Source: Candidatus Saccharimonadota bacterium (lineage in GTDB: Bacteria; Pseudomonadota; Gammaproteobacteria; Enterobacterales; Enterobacteriaceae). Taken from it: DNA of 32,000 nucleotides. Every line of letters starts with the position of its first letter. Within the stretch, counting starts at the first letter, position 1. The DNA lies in assembly GCF_012571795.1 (NCBI RefSeq), contig NZ_CP046222.1, positions 90,819 through 122,818 on the forward strand, written 5' to 3'. Under the pieces are notes generated by a model. That model was not told the DNA's origin and ran no database searches. It saw only the letters and a program-made list of their open reading frames with translations. Below are positions 27,850-32,000 of the stretch, in pieces. The position numbers were made by a program, and so were the translations under genes.

Positions 27850-28622
27850 AATCTAATCTCTATGTTTTTCTTAAATAAAAATTTTTTTAATTTATGAATA
27901 TTAATTATTTTATTATGAAATATTGATGCAGCTAAAGCTCCATCAATATTAACATCCTGATGAAATACTTGGTAAAAATGTTCATAAATACCCGCACCAC
28001 CTGAAGCAATTAATGGTATATTACATATATTTTTAATATCTTTTAATTGTTTTAAATCATAACCGTCATTCATACCATCATGATTCATCATATTTAATAC
28101 TATTTCACCTGCACCTAATTCTTGTACTGTTTTTACCCAATTAATTGTTTCCCATGTTGTTTTTTGTATGTAATTAATGTTGCCTGTGTATTTATATACA
28201 TAATATTTATTATTATTTTTATCGTACCAAGAATCAATTCCAACCACAATACATTGTTTGCCAAAATATTGAGATAAATCTTTAATTAACAAAGGATTAT
28301 TTAAAGCTGGAGAATTAATAGATATTTTTTCTGCACCAAATTGCAAAATTGTTAAAGCATCATTAATAGATTTGATACCTCCTGCAACACAAAAAGGAAT
28401 ATTTATTACATCTGCAATTTTAGAAATCCATGTTCTATCTACTATTCTATTATCAATAGAAGCAGTAATATCATAAAAAACTAATTCATCTGCTCCATCT
28501 TTATCATATTTTTTAGCTAATTCTACAATATTGCCTACATATTTATGATTTTTAAATTGTTTACCTTTAACTACTTTACCATTTAATACATCTAAACATG
28601 GAATTATGCGTTTTGCCAACAT
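27843..28622 (-). CDS. hisF: imidazole glycerol phosphate synthase cyclase subunit
   Basis: The 259-aa ORF starts [12 protein letters not shown] and is collinear with E. coli HisF. It overlaps hisI by 7 nt. Confidence 0.95.
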   Translation of the reverse strand: MLAKRIIPCLDVLNGKVVKGKQFKNHKYVGNIVELAKKYDKDGADELVFYDITASIDNRIVDRTWISKIADVINIPFCVAGGIKSINDALTILQFGAEKISINSPALNNPLLIKDLSQYFGKQCIVVGIDSWYDKNNNKYYVYKYTGNINYIQKTTWETINWVKTVQELGAGEIVLNMMNHDGMNDGYDLKQLKDIKNICNIPLIASGGAGIYEHFYQVFHQDVNIDGALAASIFHNKIINIHKLKKFLFKKNIEIRLC

Positions 28623-29341
28623 TTATTAGCCTCTTGAATAGTAAATTTATTTTCTAAAAAAGCTTTACCAATAATTATATCTTTAATTCCTAAATCTTTT
28701 AATTTTTTGATATCATTTAATGATGTTACCCCTCCAGAAGACTGAAAATATATTTCAGGATATTTATTTATTATTTCTTTATATAATTTAAAATTAGGAC
28801 CTTGAAATGTACCATCTTTTGTAATATCTGTACATAAAATGTACTTAATGCCTATCTTAATTGCTTTTTCTATAATATCTTCAAAAACTAATCTACTATT
28901 TTTTTGCCATCCATTAATATATACAAATTTATTATTATTTTTATCTACTTTAATATCAATAGCTAAAATTATTTTTTTGTTATATAAATTTATCCAATTT
29001 TGTACAGACTCTATATCATTGATAATAGAGGAACCAATTATAATTTTGGATTTAGGAATAATATTATGTATAATGTTAATATCTTTTATTGTACGTATAC
29101 CACCACCAATTTGTATTGGAATACTAATATTGAATAATATTTTCTTAAATAACTTAAATTGTTTATGGTTTGAATTCTTAGCACCATCTAAATCAATAAT
29201 ATGTAATTTTTGTGCACCATGTGAAATATATTTTTTTATGTAAAAAATAGGATCATTTATATATATTTTCTTTAAATTATATTGTCCTTGATATAAGCGT
29301 ACTACTTGGCCTCTTATAAAATCAATTGCTGGAATAATCAT
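28604..29341 (-). CDS. hisA: ProFAR isomerase
   Basis: The 245-aa ORF starts [19 protein letters not shown] and has the (beta/alpha)8 HisA pattern. It overlaps hisF by 19 nt. Confidence 0.94.
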   Translation of the reverse strand: MIIPAIDFIRGQVVRLYQGQYNLKKIYINDPIFYIKKYISHGAQKLHIIDLDGAKNSNHKQFKLFKKILFNISIPIQIGGGIRTIKDINIIHNIIPKSKIIIGSSIINDIESVQNWINLYNKKIILAIDIKVDKNNNKFVYINGWQKNSRLVFEDIIEKAIKIGIKYILCTDITKDGTFQGPNFKLYKEIINKYPEIYFQSSGGVTSLNDIKKLKDLGIKDIIIGKAFLENKFTIQEANKCWQNA

Positions 29342-29355
29342 TTTTTGTTATCTTT

Positions 29356-29943
29356 TTATAAAGTTAAAAAATTTTTAATTAATTGGATACCATATAATCC
29401 CGATTTTTCTGGATGAAATTGTACACCAAAAAAGTTTTTATGATTAATAATAGAACTAAATAAATTATTATAATTGCTTGTAGCAATAGTATAGCTATTT
29501 GTATGAACAAAATAACTATGTGCGAAATAAAAATAAGTATTATTAGGAATATTTAAAAATAATGCAGATTGTGTTTTATATTTAACTGTATTCCAACCCA
29601 TATGTGGTACAGGCAAATAAGTATCTATATGTTCTACTGTATAATTTAGTCTACCTAATGTTTGAACACCATTACATTCTTGACTATATTTACCTAATAT
29701 TTGCATACCTAAACATATGCCTAATATATCTATACTACAATATTTAATAATATTTATTAAATTATCTTGTTTTAATTTATTCATAACTGATACTACTGAA
29801 CCTACTCCAGGCAGAAATATTTTATCAGCACCAGTAATTATTTGAGGATCATTAGATATCGTTGATTTAAAACCTATTTTTTTTATTGCGGATTGTAATG
29901 AATATAAATTACCACAAGATGTATTTATAATAACAATTTTCAA
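29356..29943 (-). CDS. hisH: imidazole glycerol phosphate synthase glutamine amidotransferase subunit
   Basis: The 195-aa ORF has GICLGMQIL (catalytic Cys) and VQFHPEKSG. Its N-terminus MKIVIINTSCGNL parallels E. coli MNVVILDTGCANL. The initiation codon is TTG (reverse complement of 29941-29943) and overlaps the hisB TGA stop as TTGA. Confidence 0.93.
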   Translation of the reverse strand: MKIVIINTSCGNLYSLQSAIKKIGFKSTISNDPQIITGADKIFLPGVGSVVSVMNKLKQDNLINIIKYCSIDILGICLGMQILGKYSQECNGVQTLGRLNYTVEHIDTYLPVPHMGWNTVKYKTQSALFLNIPNNTYFYFAHSYFVHTNSYTIATSNYNNLFSSIINHKNFFGVQFHPEKSGLYGIQLIKNFLTL

Positions 29944-31007
29944 TATAAAATTCCTTTAGAACTAGGTATATTAGAATGAATAATTTTAATTGCTTGTTTT
30001 AAAGTTTGTCCAAAAATTTTAAATAAGCTTTCTGCTTTATGATGATCATTTTCACCATATGCTTTTAAGTATATATTAGCATTCATTGAATATGATAATG
30101 AATAAAAAAAATGTTTAATCATTTCAGTACTTAAATCACCTACCTTTTGAAATTTAAAATTTACATAATAATGCAGATATGGTCTTCCAGATAAATCTAT
30201 AGCACATTCAGCTAATGTATCATCCATAGGTAATATAAAACCAAATCTATTAATTCCTAATTTATTACCTAATGCATTAAATAATGCTTCTCCTAAAGAT
30301 AAAGCAGTATCTTCAATAGTATGATGATCATCAATATTTAAATCACCTATCACATTAATATAAAAAATACATCCAGCATGAGTTGCAATTTGTTCAAGCA
30401 TATGATTAAAAAAATTAATTCCAGTATTAATTTGACTCATACCATAATTATCTAAAAATACTTGTATTTTTATTGATGTTTCTCTTGTTTGTTTTTTTAT
30501 TTTACTATATCTTTTTATTGTTGTTAATTTATGTAAAATATCTAACCAATTAAACTTATTACGATGATATTGTATACCATGTATTCCTATATTTTGTGCT
30601 AATTCCATATCAGTAATTCTATCACCAATTACATAACTATTTTTTTTATCTAATTTATTATTAAGATATTCATGTAACATTATTATATTAGGCTTACGAC
30701 ATATACAATTATCACTAATATAGTGTGGGCATATAAAAATATTATCAAAAATAATATTTTGTGATTTAAATACATTTAACATAAAATTTTGTGTTATATC
30801 AAAATCATTCTGCGGGAATTTTTTTGTACCTAATCCATCTTGATTAGTTACCATTACTAAAATATATGATAATTTTTTTAATTGTGATAATACTAAAATA
30901 ACATTTTTTTCAAAAGAAATTTTATTAATACTATCAATTTGAAAATTATTTTTAGGTTCATTAATCAATGTACCATCACGATCAATAAACAAAATTTTCT
31001 TTAACAT
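29940..31007 (-). CDS. hisB: bifunctional histidinol-phosphatase / imidazoleglycerol-phosphate dehydratase
   Basis: The 355-aa ORF has the HAD motif FIDRDGTLI at the N-terminus. The IGPD half has DDHHTIEDTALSLGEA and ENDHHKAESLFK. It ends in TGA. Confidence 0.95.
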   Translation of the reverse strand: MLKKILFIDRDGTLINEPKNNFQIDSINKISFEKNVILVLSQLKKLSYILVMVTNQDGLGTKKFPQNDFDITQNFMLNVFKSQNIIFDNIFICPHYISDNCICRKPNIIMLHEYLNNKLDKKNSYVIGDRITDMELAQNIGIHGIQYHRNKFNWLDILHKLTTIKRYSKIKKQTRETSIKIQVFLDNYGMSQINTGINFFNHMLEQIATHAGCIFYINVIGDLNIDDHHTIEDTALSLGEALFNALGNKLGINRFGFILPMDDTLAECAIDLSGRPYLHYYVNFKFQKVGDLSTEMIKHFFYSLSYSMNANIYLKAYGENDHHKAESLFKIFGQTLKQAIKIIHSNIPSSKGILY

Positions 31008-31036
31008 ATTAAATTATCCTATCAAAATATTTTTTA

Positions 31037-32000
31037 TCATAAAGATAATTGATTTAAAATAAATATAAGCTTTTTACATTCATCAAATGAACCAATAGTA
31101 ATTCTTATACAATTTTTTAATTGTGGTTCATGATTTTGACTTCTTACAATAATATTTTTACTGTATAAATATTTAAAAATATATTCAGCATTAATAAATT
31201 CTACTAAAATGTAATTAGTTACACTAGGATAAATATATTTGACAAAACTGATTTTTTTTAAATGTTCTATTAACCAATATTTATTATTCATTAATATATC
31301 AATATTATTAAACATAATATTGATATTTTTTTTTTGTAAAGCTTGTATTGCTATATCAGATACTGGCTGTGGAACTGGATATGGTGCAATAACTTTGCGT
31401 AATAAATTAATAATATAAATATTTGCAATAACAAAACCACATCTAATACCTGCAAGAGCAAATGATTTGGATAATGTTCTTAAAATAACTAAATTATTAT
31501 ATTTTTTAATTAAAGAAACTAATGTGTTTTTTATACAAAAATCTATATATGCTTCATCAATAACTATAATTGTATTATTTTTTGTAATATTTAATAATTG
31601 TATTAAGTCTTCTTTTTGAAGTAAATTACCTATAGGATTATTTGGATTACATATATAACATATTTTTATGTTGAATAAATTTTCTTTTATTTTTTGTAGA
31701 TTTAATTGTTGATTTTGTAAATTATTAATTATACGGTATTTAATACCTAAAATTTGTGCACTAATTTTATACATACCATAAGTAGGTGGAAAAAACATAA
31801 TATAATCATCATGAGATGTACAAAATACTTTCATTAATAATTCTATACCTTCATCAGCACCTCGAGTAATTAAAATATTATTAATATTAATATTTATATA
31901 TTTGCTATAATTATTTAATAGTTCTATTGGTTGCGGTTCAGGATATCTATTAAATGTATTAATTTTTAAATTAAATATAGTATTATTAGGTAATTCATTA
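31037..32000 (-). CDS. hisC: histidinol-phosphate aminotransferase (5' end beyond window)
   Basis: The track ORF (31037-31834) starts at an internal Met. I translated 31835-31999 by hand on the minus strand. It stays open and reads NELPNNTIFNLKINTFNRYPEPQPIELLNNYSKYINININNILITRGADEGIELL, matching E. coli HisC NANEYPT...LNRYPECQP...VSRGADEGIELL. The gene therefore runs off the right edge. The PLP-lysine context is RTLSKSFALAG. Confidence 0.93.
   Translation of the reverse strand, partial: NELPNNTIFNLKINTFNRYPEPQPIELLNNYSKYINININNILITRGADEGIELLMKVFCTSHDDYIMFFPPTYGMYKISAQILGIKYRIINNLQNQQLNLQKIKENLFNIKICYICNPNNPIGNLLQKEDLIQLLNITKNNTIIVIDEAYIDFCIKNTLVSLIKKYNNLVILRTLSKSFALAGIRCGFVIANIYIINLLRKVIAPYPVPQPVSDIAIQALQKKNINIMFNNIDILMNNKYWLIEHLKKISFVKYIYPSVTNYILVEFINAEYIFKYLYSKNIIVRSQNHEPQLKNCIRITIGSFDECKKLIFILNQLSL

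Noticed and set aside
1-32000. Search for a novel defence, toxin, secretion, mobile or otherwise undescribed multi-gene system.
   Set aside because: Every ORF of meaningful length is accounted for by a well-known housekeeping orthologue in conserved local synteny. There are no orphan ORFs, integrases, transposases, repeat arrays or compositional islands. The non-coding tracts are short, or (22339-22823) featureless A+T.

Overview
This is a gene-dense, extremely AT-rich window (by eye about four-fifths A+T; not computed). Every substantial ORF is a recognisable housekeeping or amino-acid-biosynthesis gene with a clear Enterobacterales (E. coli-like) orthologue. The short spacers, missing regulatory leaders, Lys/Asn/Ile-biased proteins and collapsed E. 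coli synteny blocks fit a highly reduced, obligate, nutrient-provisioning insect endosymbiont (Buchnera/Blochmannia-like lifestyle). I cannot assign the taxon from this window, and the gene order does not match what I remember of Buchnera APS. Content from left to right: a complete trpEGDC(F)BA operon (minus strand), ychF-pth-prs (minus), prfA-prmC, thrS-infC-rpmI-rplT-pheS-pheT, ribE and tyrS (plus). These are followed by tRNA-Val(GAC), a MATE transporter (mdtK/norM), grxD, rnt, a reduced min locus (minC fragment plus minD), tsaB, hslVU, and the distal his operon (hisC partial, then hisB-H-A-F-IE, minus). I see no mobile elements, CRISPR arrays, phage, defence, toxin or secretion genes, and I do not find an undescribed multi-gene system. 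The observations worth a second look are products of reductive evolution. (1) ThrRS lacks its entire N-terminal TGS/editing module. (2) The Min system is reduced to a C-terminal-domain-only MinC plus a well-conserved MinD, with no adjacent minE. (3) infC most likely starts at a conserved AUU upstream of the ATG given in the ORF track. (4) The trp operon is contiguous, with unfused trpG and trpD and no leader or operator. (5) Long in-frame poly(A) tracts sit inside coding regions. Comparisons to E. coli proteins are from memory and should be confirmed by alignment.
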